From positions 1 to 56,414 of IMG/VR virus record IMGVR_UViG_3300024180_000007: a stretch of 56,414 nucleotides of DNA, one strand, 5' to 3'. Both the position numbers and the translations under genes were made by a program. This stretch comes from a virus (taxonomy: Duplodnaviria > Caudoviricetes). Each line of letters begins with the position of its first letter. Position 1 is the stretch's first letter. Positions 29,001-38,451 of the stretch are shown here, piece by piece. The notes below the pieces were generated by a model that made no database searches, was not told the DNA's origin, and saw only the letters and a program-made list of their open reading frames with translations.

Positions 29001-32000
29001 GTGGGACAAAGCGTACCCAACATCCAGTCTACCCAACAGAGCAAAAGCGAAACCGAAACTCAAAACAGGGAGAAGACCCAAGAGGAAGTAAGTCAAGAAG
29101 AGCAAAATGATATAGACGATTTCTTTGGTGATGAAGTTTTAGATGACGTTGAAACCTCTTCAGATAATTTATCTATAAATAGAAAACAAGTAGAGGGAGA
29201 TACAGAAATAGAGAACACAACTTTAGCATCAGCTGTAGTAAATAAAGCTAAAAAAGCTGCACGTGCAATTGCAAAAATAGCACCTGAAGTAAAAATAGTT
29301 TTACACGACACACAAGCAGAATACGAAAAGTATGCAACAAAAGGTAGTCGTGGGTATTACAATCCAAACAGTAAAGTTATACATATTAACTTAACTAAAG
29401 CTAAAGGAAATACAGTGGCACACGAAGTTTTTCATGCGGTGTTTTTAGATAAAATATCAGGTGGAGATGTTCAAGCTCAACAAGCAGCTTTAAAATTAAT
29501 AACTTCTGTAAGAAAAACCTTACCAGCTGAATCTTTATTAGCTAAAAGAATAGATAATTTTGCTAAAAATTATGATGAAAATATTAAAAATGAAGAGAAG
29601 TTAGCAGAATTATTCTCTTTGATGGCCACTGAATATAAAACATTAAAGAAGCCAGGGAAGAACAAAGTTATAGAATTTATAAGATCAATGGCGGCTAAGT
29701 TAGGCGTTACAATACCTGGTGGTTTTGGAAAAACAGACGAGTCAGTTATAGATTTTATGAACGCATTTTCTAAAAAAGTTAGAACTGGTACGGAAATAAC
29801 AGAAGGTGATGTAGATGTTTTAAATAAAATAGATGAAGAGTTAGATGTAGAGCAAGAACAGGGTGAATCTGGGCAAGTTGGTACTTTTACTTTTAAAGGT
29901 AGAGAATCAAAAGCTCCAGACATTAATACAGATACCAGGTCTTATGCAAAAAACATTATTCAAAAAGATTTACAAGATTATAATGGGCAAAACTTTGTGA
30001 CTAACATGTATGATTTTACTAATGCTGGACCAACTGACATTGGAGCTGGTATTGTATTAGACTTGTATGGAGGTAAAAATTATGTTGCTGATATGATGGA
30101 AAAAACAGGAACTAAATTAGGAGAGGTTTCTAATGTTGCTGCTTTTAACACTAAAGGTCAAGCTGAAGGATTTATTAAAAACGCTATAGATGGAAATGCA
30201 AATTTATTTGCTCCACACGTAGGAACTAAAGAAGGTTCTTGGCAGTTTCAACAAAATATATTTGAGCAGTTAACTGAAAAATTATTAGATAATAATATAC
30301 TAACTAATCAAGAGTTAATTGAAAGTTTTAATGATGGTTTAAAAAGTAAAAATGGTCAAAGTGCATTAAATATATTTAATAAAAAATATAAAAAAAACCT
30401 AACTAATTTAAATGAATTTAAAGATAATCCTAAAAGATTAGTAGAGCTTTTAGATATTGATAATAATTATTCGCCAGATTTAAGAAAAATATTAAACGAT
30501 AAAATAGCTTCAAACAAAAAAGTTCAAGCTGCTTTAGGTATTAAAAATAAAATTCAATTTGCTGAGTTATTAGAAGACCCTATGAATGTAGGAAGTCAAA
30601 AATTTGATATCATAGGTCTTGTTGAATTTGATAATACTACTTTTAAAACTCCTTCAAGACCAAAGAAAGGAGATGCTGATTATCATCCTTCTTTTGCATG
30701 GACTGTAAAAGCCAAAATAAAAGCTATTGTTCAACCTACAAATTTTTATCAAAGCACTGAGGTTACCGATTCTTATACAAAATTTAACAAGTCAGGAGCA
30801 GTAGTTTCTACAAGAGAAAATACTAAAGACTTTAAGTCGTCTAATGTATCCAGTAGTGCAGGTTCAGGGCCTAAAGTAGCCACTGTAAAATCTGAAATAA
30901 GACAAGGTAGAGAGCAATCTACTGAACAGCAAGTAAAAGATCAAACTGGAATGCCAGCAAGTGGGTTCTATAGCGCTCAAGCTATGGTGTCAGACATCCA
31001 ACGTCAGTTTAATAGAATTGGTCCAGGATATGTAGCTAAAAGAGCTAAACAAGGAGCTTATGGGGGCGGAGGCGGAGTGTTTGTTGTTGGTCCTAATAAA
31101 CGTATTGTAAAAAATCCTACACGAAAAGGACGTCAGCAGGCAATGGATAATGAAAACGATTTGCTTAGAATTATAATAGCTGGCCGAGAAGAAGGAGGTT
31201 TTGAAGATGCAGCTATAAAAGATTATTTAAAGAGAAGAAAAAGAAAGGTTGATGGTAAAACAGCAAGTGCTTATAGTGCAAAAGAAATTAATGCTGCATT
31301 CAAAGTTTTAGAAAGCGAAGCTTTTGATTCTTACATGTTTAGAGAATACCCTACAAGTTTTAATGACATAAAAGGTGGTTTTCTGGCTGGTCTTAAATTA
31401 ATGAAAGATGTTGATACTTACTATAAAAAATTAGTTGAAAAGAATAATTTAATTAAAGACAGAGTTGCAAAAAACAGAAAGACAAAACAAGTTCCTTTAA
31501 CTGACGAACAAATTAATTTGAAAGTTTTAGATTACTTTATGTCGCTTCCAGGATACAAAAGCGTAGGGGTAAAAGGCAAAAGACAGACATCCCAGCAGCT
31601 TGCTATGGAACGTGATATGTTAAACATACTGCTTCCTGATCCATTAAAGGCTAATCCTAAACGTATTGCAGCAATAAACAGAAGAATAAAAAACATAAAG
31701 TTCACTGAAAGAAACCTTAAAGGTGTTCAGAGAGCTTTAAGAAATTACATAAGAACAGTACTACCAAGGGATTTATATACTAAAAAAGAAATAACTGATT
31801 TAATTGATAAAGTGAATAGAGTAAACGCTACAAACTTTGAATCAGTTAAAGATGAGGTTTTTAAAATAGTTACTACAAAAACAAACAAAAGACTTGAGAG
31901 TGTTTTATTTAAGATGCTTGATAAAGCTTATACCACTATTCAAAGCGGTAGATTTAAAGGTGTTAAAATTGATAATGAAACTCGTAAAAAGTTAAATCGT

Positions 32001-34928
32001 ATCAATAAATTAGTAGTGAACCCTAAGTCAACTGGCGATCAAATAATGGAAGCTAATGAAAAACTTTTGAAGTTATATAACCAAGTTTCTACAGAAGAGA
32101 TAGTAGACGAAAAAGATAAAAAAAGTCGTAAGACTAAATCTACATTTAGTAAAAGTGATTTGCAGCAGATGGCTGAAATTACATTAGCTATGCAGATAAA
32201 CACATCTTTTACTCAAGACATGAATGACTCTAATAAAACTACTCAGTTAAGCTCAGTAATCAATAGCTTAAAACAAATAGAAGAGTCTGGGAAAGCTAAT
32301 TTTGAGTACGAATTACTACAAGACGCTATACAATACAGAGAGAATGAGAGAGCTGTATACAAGGATATGACAGGTATAGATATTGATGCAAAACAATCAC
32401 TTATTGACCAAGGTATACCTGAGAATGAAATTACTGAGTTTATGGTAAACGAAGAGTTTCAAAAAATTAAAAAAGATGTTTCACTTGATGCTAAAGAATC
32501 AGGTGGCTTAAAAGTAGAGGGTGTTATAAAAAGATTCAAAGGTTCACTAAATAGTTTAGCTACTAAAATTGAGCAAGGGTTATTTGGAAGTGCAGAAGAT
32601 ATGACAGGTTTGATAGACAGAATATCTACACAACCAGGAGAAATATTTGAAGGAGCAACTCAAGAACTTACACAGAAAAAAATACGTTCTTCTTCAAGAG
32701 TTTATAAGTCAAGAATGATTGGACAGCAATTAAGTCTTTCTAATAAAATGACAGAATTATTTGGCAACAAATGGGTTAACATAAACAGAAAAAACTCTCA
32801 GATGACTGAATCTATTGTTCGTAGTAAGGTCAAAGATGATTTACTTCAAGGACAATTAAAAGAAGCTCAAGAAAATAAAACTTTAAAGAAAGGAGAACGA
32901 ACAGCTTTAATTAATTCAATACAAAAGGAGATTGATCAAAACACAGTAAACCTAAGTCAAAACCAATTGCTTTATTATTATTCACAGATGCAAGATCCTT
33001 CTTTAGAAGGGAGCATGATAAACACTTTTAATCCTACAAGAAAGGGAAATATAGTGTTTGACAATGAATTTAAGAGTAGAATAGAGCAAGAGATATCAGA
33101 TAAATTAGATGAAAGATTAAAAGACTTATCTGAGTGGATGATAAAAGATTATTACCCATCTTCTTATGACCACTACAACAATACTTACAAGAAAATTTAC
33201 AGGACTGATATGCCTTGGAATCAAAACTATGCTGGTCGTGTGTATCGCCAAAACGAAAACGACATGGAAGCCTTAGATTTATTAGCCGACAGTCAATCAT
33301 GGATTACAAACGTTGGCTCTGCCAGTACTAAAGTAAGAGTTCAAAATACTAATCCAATAGAAAAAGTAGATGGTGTAGACGCATTACTTAATTACACCAA
33401 AGACATGGAGTATTTTGCTGCATATGGTGTTGCTATAAGAGATATAAATAAAATATTTTCATCACCAATGATAAAAGAAACCATTAAAGAAAAATTTGGT
33501 TCTACTATTTACACATACATTGATGATTCTATTAAAAAAATAGCAAACAAGGGAATACAATCACAAAGACAAATACAAGTAATAAATACCTTTAATAATA
33601 CATTTTTATTATCTCGTTTAGGTTTAAACCCAACACTTATACTAAAACAAATGACATCTTTCATCACGTATGGAAATGACATTGGTTATATAAATTGGGT
33701 TAAAAATGCTGCCATGAGTACGACTCAAGCAAAAAAATTAGTAAACGAAGTTTTAGACAACTCAATTGTTCTACAGGACAGGTACGGACAAACAATTAAA
33801 AGAGCTGTAGAGACATATGCTGATGAAAAGTTTGAAAAAATGAATGGTGGTCTTTTAGAGCGTTTTGGATTAACAAACGCAAAGCAAGACAAGATTAGTA
33901 AAATTTTAATGTGGACCACAATGACAGGGGATAAAGGTGCTATACTTGTTGGTGGTGTTCCAAATTACTTATACTATAAAAATGAATTTAAAAAGAAAAA
34001 CCCTGAAGCTTCAGAACAAGAGGTTATTGATCATGCAATAAAAAAGTTTGAAGCTGACACATTAAGAACTCAACAGTCATCTGATTTACAAGATAAAGAT
34101 TACTTTCAAACTAAAGGGGCGCTTATAAGAGCCTTTAATATGTTCTTGACAACTCCAAAACAATATTTCCGTAGAGAAATTATTGCAGCAAGAAACATGT
34201 ATAGAATTGTTAAAAGTGGCGGTAAGCAGGGTAAAGGTGTTATAAAAGATAATGGAGAATTAAATTACTGGAAAAGTTTAGGTAAATCTGCAAGAAGTTT
34301 AGCAGTGTATCATGTGGTGATGCCAGTGGTTTTTCAGTGGGTGTCTGCTGGATTGCCAGGTCTTTTAAGAGGGATGAATGATGAGGATAAAAAAGATTTA
34401 GGAATAGCCGCTCTTTTAGGTAACTTAAATGCTTTGTTTATTATAGGAAAAGTAGCCGAGACCCTTAAAGATGTTGCGTTAGGTAAGCCTTGGGCAAAAA
34501 CTCCATCAACAATTCCAATTTTAGGGCAAACATCACAGTTGGCAGATTTATACATGCGTGCGCAAAAAGCAAAAGGTGTAAAAAAAGAAGAAGCTATGAA
34601 TAAATTCATGGCAGAAGCAATTGCCCTTACAGGTATACCAGCACCACAATTAAGAAAGTTTATGAAAAACTTTTCTGAAATTGGTGACTCAAAATCTATG
34701 GGTGAGTTTATATTAAAACTTTTTAATTTTTCTGAATATCAGCAAAGAGGAGGTAAGAAAGGTAAGGGTCTTAAATTAACAAAAGCTGAACTAAAAAGAT
34801 ATTTTCCAGAACTATATCCAGACGTTCAAGAGGACGGACCATTGGAGGATTTTCTTAAATTACAAAAAGAAGCTAAAGCAGAACAAAAACGTTTAAGAAA
34901 AGAGCTTCTTGATCAAATGTATAAGTAA
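26037..34928 (+). CDS. Giant internal virion (polyvalent-type) protein with HExxH metallopeptidase-like motif
   Basis: 2963 aa; RGYYNPNSKVIHIN...AHEVFHAVF (HEVFH at 29421-29435) with downstream EEKLAE; N-terminal tandem repeat; helical C-terminus. Confidence 0.8.
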   Translation: MDKFTELYNYLKEEGLTDLSAEEFKAEYAAGTAKNTELYSYLKSEKLTDLDAEKFNIEYFPGVEKKNPNDISPSNTPEVITDSTTETPEVVDTSLDTSTLEKPLDENTVVDVQEEDTTVTEFPAYDPREQGKEINANPITYNSSDSQFDKSLAFVTKDLIDREESEVVNRMKYHFEDYGFDFEQGGGFMSGLDGMKVTSKDDPTKSININLDPVFGDFFGGESGPAKELRKFLKENRRTDQRMESLDASYDKNRKKYFSAEATKEDIQAVRNSAKNLNSNYKVYQDRKAIHEAEIDALLGQPKEIQNTPEWELKYQQTLLAGKRLKQFKNQLTTNYNSYKKFEGQINSSVGNYIDMKEADDSTFFGGLVNDIVGPGVSDVLAAVWGAGVDGFYKAAQFIYEDFGMNAEEKKDRYIDIARDLGYPVPENIEDDAVYTKWLENLQDQGFDDDKAEGEFSISTFSKETMERLEADGFDLSKPTVNGQYFNKNQSGLNRFLNGQYIDLPDYAYDKTKGERLKRLVLDQEVKENKNPQKDFIKKYWNEIVSADDISDEKYAKQSNSNIVYTGLSGLAKSLPSVLTSFASRGKIAPAVGLGAAKRNLIAKGLGLTTRGGIAQTVSFAMLQAEAMNVEMNNDPDFKYVTESERKNIVIPTAITVGILERYGFRNIAGNKAIMTGLMNKVTNMLPKNATAAMFKNQMNKLVQSNIAKGIFSNTAVKTAATFTGRVTKAALAEAETGGLQQIAEMGYKDVWNNMNNKDMFDQPELWTKEFWGTVGHAAAAEAVGGFVMGVPGAVIAAAKNKTSDLLSDDLVEMFDMIRNDEITVEAYQTQLDLGVSNGKITSEQASKQMLDFQTLSGAANTLPSDLDVNSRKKGLVLIFEQQQLEAEMEKMNKNLNSYKTREARVEQIKTEIGQLGTNQAQANTNLKNETEGIQESVLVTEEDATKSLQDKGVQNPTVEQIKTEQDALQKQSTTSLDAQESSRSGETVGQSVPNIQSTQQSKSETETQNREKTQEEVSQEEQNDIDDFFGDEVLDDVETSSDNLSINRKQVEGDTEIENTTLASAVVNKAKKAARAIAKIAPEVKIVLHDTQAEYEKYATKGSRGYYNPNSKVIHINLTKAKGNTVAHEVFHAVFLDKISGGDVQAQQAALKLITSVRKTLPAESLLAKRIDNFAKNYDENIKNEEKLAELFSLMATEYKTLKKPGKNKVIEFIRSMAAKLGVTIPGGFGKTDESVIDFMNAFSKKVRTGTEITEGDVDVLNKIDEELDVEQEQGESGQVGTFTFKGRESKAPDINTDTRSYAKNIIQKDLQDYNGQNFVTNMYDFTNAGPTDIGAGIVLDLYGGKNYVADMMEKTGTKLGEVSNVAAFNTKGQAEGFIKNAIDGNANLFAPHVGTKEGSWQFQQNIFEQLTEKLLDNNILTNQELIESFNDGLKSKNGQSALNIFNKKYKKNLTNLNEFKDNPKRLVELLDIDNNYSPDLRKILNDKIASNKKVQAALGIKNKIQFAELLEDPMNVGSQKFDIIGLVEFDNTTFKTPSRPKKGDADYHPSFAWTVKAKIKAIVQPTNFYQSTEVTDSYTKFNKSGAVVSTRENTKDFKSSNVSSSAGSGPKVATVKSEIRQGREQSTEQQVKDQTGMPASGFYSAQAMVSDIQRQFNRIGPGYVAKRAKQGAYGGGGGVFVVGPNKRIVKNPTRKGRQQAMDNENDLLRIIIAGREEGGFEDAAIKDYLKRRKRKVDGKTASAYSAKEINAAFKVLESEAFDSYMFREYPTSFNDIKGGFLAGLKLMKDVDTYYKKLVEKNNLIKDRVAKNRKTKQVPLTDEQINLKVLDYFMSLPGYKSVGVKGKRQTSQQLAMERDMLNILLPDPLKANPKRIAAINRRIKNIKFTERNLKGVQRALRNYIRTVLPRDLYTKKEITDLIDKVNRVNATNFESVKDEVFKIVTTKTNKRLESVLFKMLDKAYTTIQSGRFKGVKIDNETRKKLNRINKLVVNPKSTGDQIMEANEKLLKLYNQVSTEEIVDEKDKKSRKTKSTFSKSDLQQMAEITLAMQINTSFTQDMNDSNKTTQLSSVINSLKQIEESGKANFEYELLQDAIQYRENERAVYKDMTGIDIDAKQSLIDQGIPENEITEFMVNEEFQKIKKDVSLDAKESGGLKVEGVIKRFKGSLNSLATKIEQGLFGSAEDMTGLIDRISTQPGEIFEGATQELTQKKIRSSSRVYKSRMIGQQLSLSNKMTELFGNKWVNINRKNSQMTESIVRSKVKDDLLQGQLKEAQENKTLKKGERTALINSIQKEIDQNTVNLSQNQLLYYYSQMQDPSLEGSMINTFNPTRKGNIVFDNEFKSRIEQEISDKLDERLKDLSEWMIKDYYPSSYDHYNNTYKKIYRTDMPWNQNYAGRVYRQNENDMEALDLLADSQSWITNVGSASTKVRVQNTNPIEKVDGVDALLNYTKDMEYFAAYGVAIRDINKIFSSPMIKETIKEKFGSTIYTYIDDSIKKIANKGIQSQRQIQVINTFNNTFLLSRLGLNPTLILKQMTSFITYGNDIGYINWVKNAAMSTTQAKKLVNEVLDNSIVLQDRYGQTIKRAVETYADEKFEKMNGGLLERFGLTNAKQDKISKILMWTTMTGDKGAILVGGVPNYLYYKNEFKKKNPEASEQEVIDHAIKKFEADTLRTQQSSDLQDKDYFQTKGALIRAFNMFLTTPKQYFRREIIAARNMYRIVKSGGKQGKGVIKDNGELNYWKSLGKSARSLAVYHVVMPVVFQWVSAGLPGLLRGMNDEDKKDLGIAALLGNLNALFIIGKVAETLKDVALGKPWAKTPSTIPILGQTSQLADLYMRAQKAKGVKKEEAMNKFMAEAIALTGIPAPQLRKFMKNFSEIGDSKSMGEFILKLFNFSEYQQRGGKKGKGLKLTKAELKRYFPELYPDVQEDGPLEDFLKLQKEAKAEQKRLRKELLDQMYK
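26043..26213 (+). repeat. Tandem protein repeat at the N-terminus of the giant protein
   Basis: TELYNYLKEEGLTDLSAEEFKAEY / TELYSYLKSEKLTDLDAEKFNIEY; DNA copies of ACAGAGTTATA and ATTAACAGATTTA. Confidence 0.85.
26227..26338 (+). other. Candidate programmed -1 frameshift/slippage site (A10) and 33-codon trans-frame tail
   Basis: GAA AAA AAA AAT; the -1 frame is closed by TGA at 26225-27 and then reads SKRHFSFKHSRGYYGLYYRNSRGRGYFFGYLHT* to 26338. Confidence 0.5.
28936..29091 (+). CDS. Nested +1-frame gene: 51-aa basic protein of the MP(F/Y)KSKAQR type
   Basis: MPYKSKAQRAWMHKNLPEVAKRWDKAYPTSSLPNRAKAKPKLKTGRRPKRK*; A-rich leader; locally raised GC. Confidence 0.7.
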   Translation: MPYKSKAQRAWMHKNLPEVAKRWDKAYPTSSLPNRAKAKPKLKTGRRPKRK

Positions 34929-34933
34929 AATGT

Positions 34934-35173
34934 ATGGCGTTTAACGAACACCTTTGTATGCTGCAAAGCTATAGAATTTTAACTGGCAAAGACTCTTTTA
35001 GCACGTTGCTGGAAGAGTTTGATGAAGTTGAATTAGTGTTCGACCCTACACGAGCTGTGGTTGTAATGGATGATGATGTGTATGATTTAGTTAGATATTA
35101 TTTTGAGTCCAAGGAAGACTATGAGAAGTGTGCTGAAATACATTGGGCTAAGTGTAAAGCTAAAAATTCTTAG
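34934..35173 (+). CDS. Hypothetical protein
   Basis: Last plus-strand ORF before the strand switch; YFESKEDYEKCAEI. Confidence 0.6.
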   Translation: MAFNEHLCMLQSYRILTGKDSFSTLLEEFDEVELVFDPTRAVVVMDDDVYDLVRYYFESKEDYEKCAEIHWAKCKAKNS

Positions 35174-35480
35174 AGAAATTTCTACGCTCCGCTTCCAGTT
35201 TATAATATAAAAACGCTTGGAATCCATTTACGTGAGAATCTGTTGGGAAAAAATATTTCCAGCCTTTTGACCTTCCTTTATTTATGTAGTAGAAAAATGC
35301 AACAGCTACTTTACCTCCTGTTTTTGAAAAATTTACACATGCGCTATGGTCTGAGGTTGGTATAATTTCTTCTACTGTAAAAGATTCATTATTTACATTC
35401 CCTACTCTTGTAACATTAGAGTATCTGTTAGCGATGGTTTCACAAAACTCCTGCAATTCAATTGCTATTCCTTTATTCAT
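35160..35480 (-). CDS. Hypothetical protein
   Basis: Packed ORF; PTSDH...KTGGK...WKYFFPTDSH. Confidence 0.65.
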   Translation of the reverse strand: MNKGIAIELQEFCETIANRYSNVTRVGNVNNESFTVEEIIPTSDHSACVNFSKTGGKVAVAFFYYINKGRSKGWKYFFPTDSHVNGFQAFLYYKLEAERRNFSKNF

Positions 35481-35593
35481 AACTTTTGTTGTAGTTTCTG
35501 TATCTTTAATACAATTTTAGAAGACTGAGGTAATTTTTTGAGTCTTAATATTTCTTTTATAACAGAAGGTCTTGTATCTGTTTTAGATTTCAT
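35477..35593 (-). CDS. Small basic 38-aa protein (not in ORF track)
   Basis: MKSKTDTRPSVIKEILRLKKLPQSSKIVLKIQKLQQKL*; ATGA overlap with the start at 35480. Confidence 0.55.
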   Translation of the reverse strand: MKSKTDTRPSVIKEILRLKKLPQSSKIVLKIQKLQQKL

Positions 35594-35777
35594 CTGACAG
35601 AGATTTTATTAGTTCACTCATAGTCTGTATAATATTTTTAGCTTTTTTTTTAGCCGCCTCGTGATCCCTGTCCATTAAGTCTTCGTAAATATTATCAGTT
35701 AATGAATGCAAGTTGTTAGTCACATAGTTAATATGTGTAATAGCTTGAATGTCATCAGCAGAAACAGGGTTTGACAT
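35583..35777 (-). CDS. Hypothetical protein
   Basis: Packed ORF with TAATG overlap. Confidence 0.6.
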   Translation of the reverse strand: MSNPVSADDIQAITHINYVTNNLHSLTDNIYEDLMDRDHEAAKKKAKNIIQTMSELIKSLSDEI

Positions 35778-36007
35778 TAATCTAAGGAATTAAGTATTTG
35801 TTTTCCTACAGCTGTATCTATTTTGCCAATGGCTCTATAAAGTTTTCTTGACTTGACTTTAGTTGCGTGTCGTTCTGTTTGTGTGGATTCTGTACCCATG
35901 TTTGTGTAAAGACAGCAGTCTATAAATAAAAGGGTATCAATTTTCTTTTTGTCAGACCAAGTTTTAAAATTTAAAATTTTATCTATGTCTTCTACGCTAT
36001 AATCCAT
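35777..36007 (-). CDS. Hypothetical protein
   Basis: Packed ORF. Confidence 0.6.
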   Translation of the reverse strand: MDYSVEDIDKILNFKTWSDKKKIDTLLFIDCCLYTNMGTESTQTERHATKVKSRKLYRAIGKIDTAVGKQILNSLD

Positions 36008-36521
36008 TTAAATATGTATTTATTTTTCGTTCAAAAGCTGAAAAATTGTTTCCTGTTCTATGTTCAATATCAGCGACCAGTTTATAGAACTTTTTATACT
36101 TACCAGTGTAGTGATTAACTTCCTTCCTCAAGTCACTTACCTCCAAATTTAACTTTTTATTTTGATTTACGAGAAATTTTATTCTGTTTTTTAAATCAGA
36201 ATCCAGTATTGGGTCAAAGTTTTCAACATTTTCAAGCCAATTATTGACAATATTATTGTATGAAAGCTGTATGTCAGGATCATATTTTATTATGTAAGGA
36301 AGTTGTTTTAGACTATGCAATACAGTTGCATGGTTTTTGTTGAAAACTTTTGCTATATCAGTTAAGCTCATTCGTAAATGTTTTCGTAAAATATCGTATA
36401 CAACAGCTCTTGCAAATATATACTCACGTTTTCTTGTATTTAACCTTGGGTCCAGTCCCAGTACTTCTTCTACATTTAGGATTATGGCCTCTATTGTTTT
36501 TTCTTTAAGAGATAATTTCAT
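35997..36521 (-). CDS. DnaA domain IV-like HTH protein with coiled coil
   Basis: TRKREYIFARAVVYDILR...SLTDIAKVFNKNHATVLHSLK matches the DnaA C-terminal HTH pattern. Confidence 0.78.
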   Translation of the reverse strand: MKLSLKEKTIEAIILNVEEVLGLDPRLNTRKREYIFARAVVYDILRKHLRMSLTDIAKVFNKNHATVLHSLKQLPYIIKYDPDIQLSYNNIVNNWLENVENFDPILDSDLKNRIKFLVNQNKKLNLEVSDLRKEVNHYTGKYKKFYKLVADIEHRTGNNFSAFERKINTYLNGL

Positions 36522-36835
36522 TTTATATATGATTTTAAATTTATTAAATCTAAGTATTCATCAGATTCTATGATGTGAAAATCAGTTAGTGTAAGAAACT
36601 CCCCAGCAGACCTTAAAATTTCTATTGCAAAATATACTGGTTCATCTCTATGTATTACAACCCCACCAACCACGTATGTTGTAAGTTCATTTATAGGGTA
36701 CTCTTTTAGGTTGTTGTCTATATAGTCAGATATAAGTATTTTAAGAGTTATATCACTTAGTTCAGATAAAGAATCAATAAAATCATCTTCAACCTCATAT
36801 CCTTTATCCTTTATATACTTCGGTTTTAAACCCAT
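36518..36835 (-). CDS. Hypothetical acidic protein
   Basis: Packed ORF with ATGA overlap. Confidence 0.6.
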   Translation of the reverse strand: MGLKPKYIKDKGYEVEDDFIDSLSELSDITLKILISDYIDNNLKEYPINELTTYVVGGVVIHRDEPVYFAIEILRSAGEFLTLTDFHIIESDEYLDLINLKSYIK

Positions 36836-37043
36836 GCTTTTCTAATTCTTTTAATCTATATTTTTGTAGCTCTGACAAAACTCCTTTTGGTTTTTTTATT
36901 TCTGAAAAAAGCACGTCACAATTTGGAGGTAAAGCAATTAAATCTGGAATACCATTTTTATTTGTAAGCTTGAGTTTTATAACATAATAACCCTCAGCTT
37001 CGAGTTCTTTTATTCGTTTGTTTTGTATCTGTTGTTCCGTCAT
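36804..37043 (-). CDS. VRR-NUC nuclease
   Basis: MTEQQIQ...GIPDLI...FSEIKKPKGVLSELQK; start reassigned to ATG 37043. Confidence 0.85.
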   Translation of the reverse strand: MTEQQIQNKRIKELEAEGYYVIKLKLTNKNGIPDLIALPPNCDVLFSEIKKPKGVLSELQKYRLKELEKHGFKTEVYKG

Positions 37044-37224
37044 GTCCGTTTTGTTTCCAATCAATCCAAAAGCCAACCGCAACCATAACGTGTAAAAATA
37101 TAGACAAAGCGTATTCATATAGGTCATGCCAGGTGGCAAAATGTAAATGTACGTGTCCAATTATCCAAAAAGGTATCGCCATTTGTTGACTGTACCAAAT
37201 TAAAAAAAATTTTATAAACTTCAT
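36994..37224 (-). CDS. Small membrane protein
   Basis: Hydrophobic segments; ATGA overlap with the helicase gene. Confidence 0.6.
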   Translation of the reverse strand: MKFIKFFLIWYSQQMAIPFWIIGHVHLHFATWHDLYEYALSIFLHVMVAVGFWIDWKQNGHDGTTDTKQTNKRTRS

Positions 37225-38450
37225 AGGGACAATAGATCTCTTTTAAAATGTCTTAGCGTATAATCTTTTTTCTTAGTTACAGCTTTGTAGATATCTTTTT
37301 CAATACCACCTCGTGAAAAAATCCAATAGACATCACTTTCAAGTCTGTCTTTTGTTGTCATTCTATCTCTTGACTGCCAGTAACTGGTTGCGCTAAAATC
37401 AATATTGTAATACACCAAGCAAGCAGCTTTCCTCAAAGATATACCTTCTCTTCCACTTACTATTTGCAAAGCTATGGTTTTATCTGTACTATTAAATTCT
37501 TCAAGCTCTGTGCATAATTGTTTACCATAAACTTCTTTTAGTGCATTCAATTCTTCCTTAAACTTATAGAATATTCCTACTTGTACATCAGCAAAATTGT
37601 CATGGATAAACTGTGCCTTACTTAAATCTAATATCATAGAGTTACCAGACTCAAATTTAACAGTACCAGAATACATTTGATGAAGTTTCATCATGAGCTT
37701 TACTGGTGTGTCAGCCAATATAACATCATTATTACCTTCAATAACTAAATGCTTTTTTAGTTTAGCTGTAAGGTCATAGGTCCTTGAATTCATCTCTACC
37801 TCTAATACATGTTCTTTGGTATTAACTTTGAACCCAGCTTCTTTTTGAGTGTATGAAATTGTATATGGTTTCATTTCGTCTATAATAGTTTGTAGGCCAT
37901 CAGAATAATCGTTTATGTAAAGAGAATTGATTTTTCTTTGCTTAACGTTTACGTATTGTTTAGAAAACTTATAAAAGTTTACATAATCACTAAATGGATG
38001 CCTACGAACTACAGAAACCTGATGGTACATTTGACTAAATGATTCAGGTGTTGGTGTTCCTGACAGGAATATTACAAAAGGGTCGTTTTCCAAGATCAAA
38101 GAACGAACTTGTTTTGACCTTTTGTTTCTTTTTGGAAATGCACCCATGCCATGAGCTTCATCACATATTACCATATCCCAACCTAATTGGTCTATTTTAT
38201 GTAATGACTCGTAATTTATAACTGTAATGCTGTATGATGGATTAAGAAGTTTATAATCACTTTCAATACTGCTTATGGCTTTTTTCTTGGTAATAAACAA
38301 GAGGTTCGATACTGGCAAAAGCGCACTTACACCCAAGCTCGTGAGAGTTTTACCAGTTCGTACCTCCATCGCAAGATAAACAAATTTATGTTTTTGCAAC
38401 AAAGGTTTGGCTTTATTTATTATTGATGTTTGATAGTCTCTAAACTCCAT
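37221..38450 (-). CDS. SF2 (SNF2-like) helicase
   Basis: FRDYQ, EVRTGKT, INYESL, CDEAH, LSGTP, GREGISL, WQSRDR; start reassigned to 38450. Confidence 0.88.
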   Translation of the reverse strand: MEFRDYQTSIINKAKPLLQKHKFVYLAMEVRTGKTLTSLGVSALLPVSNLLFITKKKAISSIESDYKLLNPSYSITVINYESLHKIDQLGWDMVICDEAHGMGAFPKRNKRSKQVRSLILENDPFVIFLSGTPTPESFSQMYHQVSVVRRHPFSDYVNFYKFSKQYVNVKQRKINSLYINDYSDGLQTIIDEMKPYTISYTQKEAGFKVNTKEHVLEVEMNSRTYDLTAKLKKHLVIEGNNDVILADTPVKLMMKLHQMYSGTVKFESGNSMILDLSKAQFIHDNFADVQVGIFYKFKEELNALKEVYGKQLCTELEEFNSTDKTIALQIVSGREGISLRKAACLVYYNIDFSATSYWQSRDRMTTKDRLESDVYWIFSRGGIEKDIYKAVTKKKDYTLRHFKRDLLSL

Positions 38451-38451
38451 A

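Noticed and set aside
26037-34928. Virion RNA polymerase as in crAss-like phi14:2 gp66
   Set aside because: I saw no convincing catalytic DxDxD motif in a double-psi-barrel context. A profile or structure search would be needed to exclude it fully.
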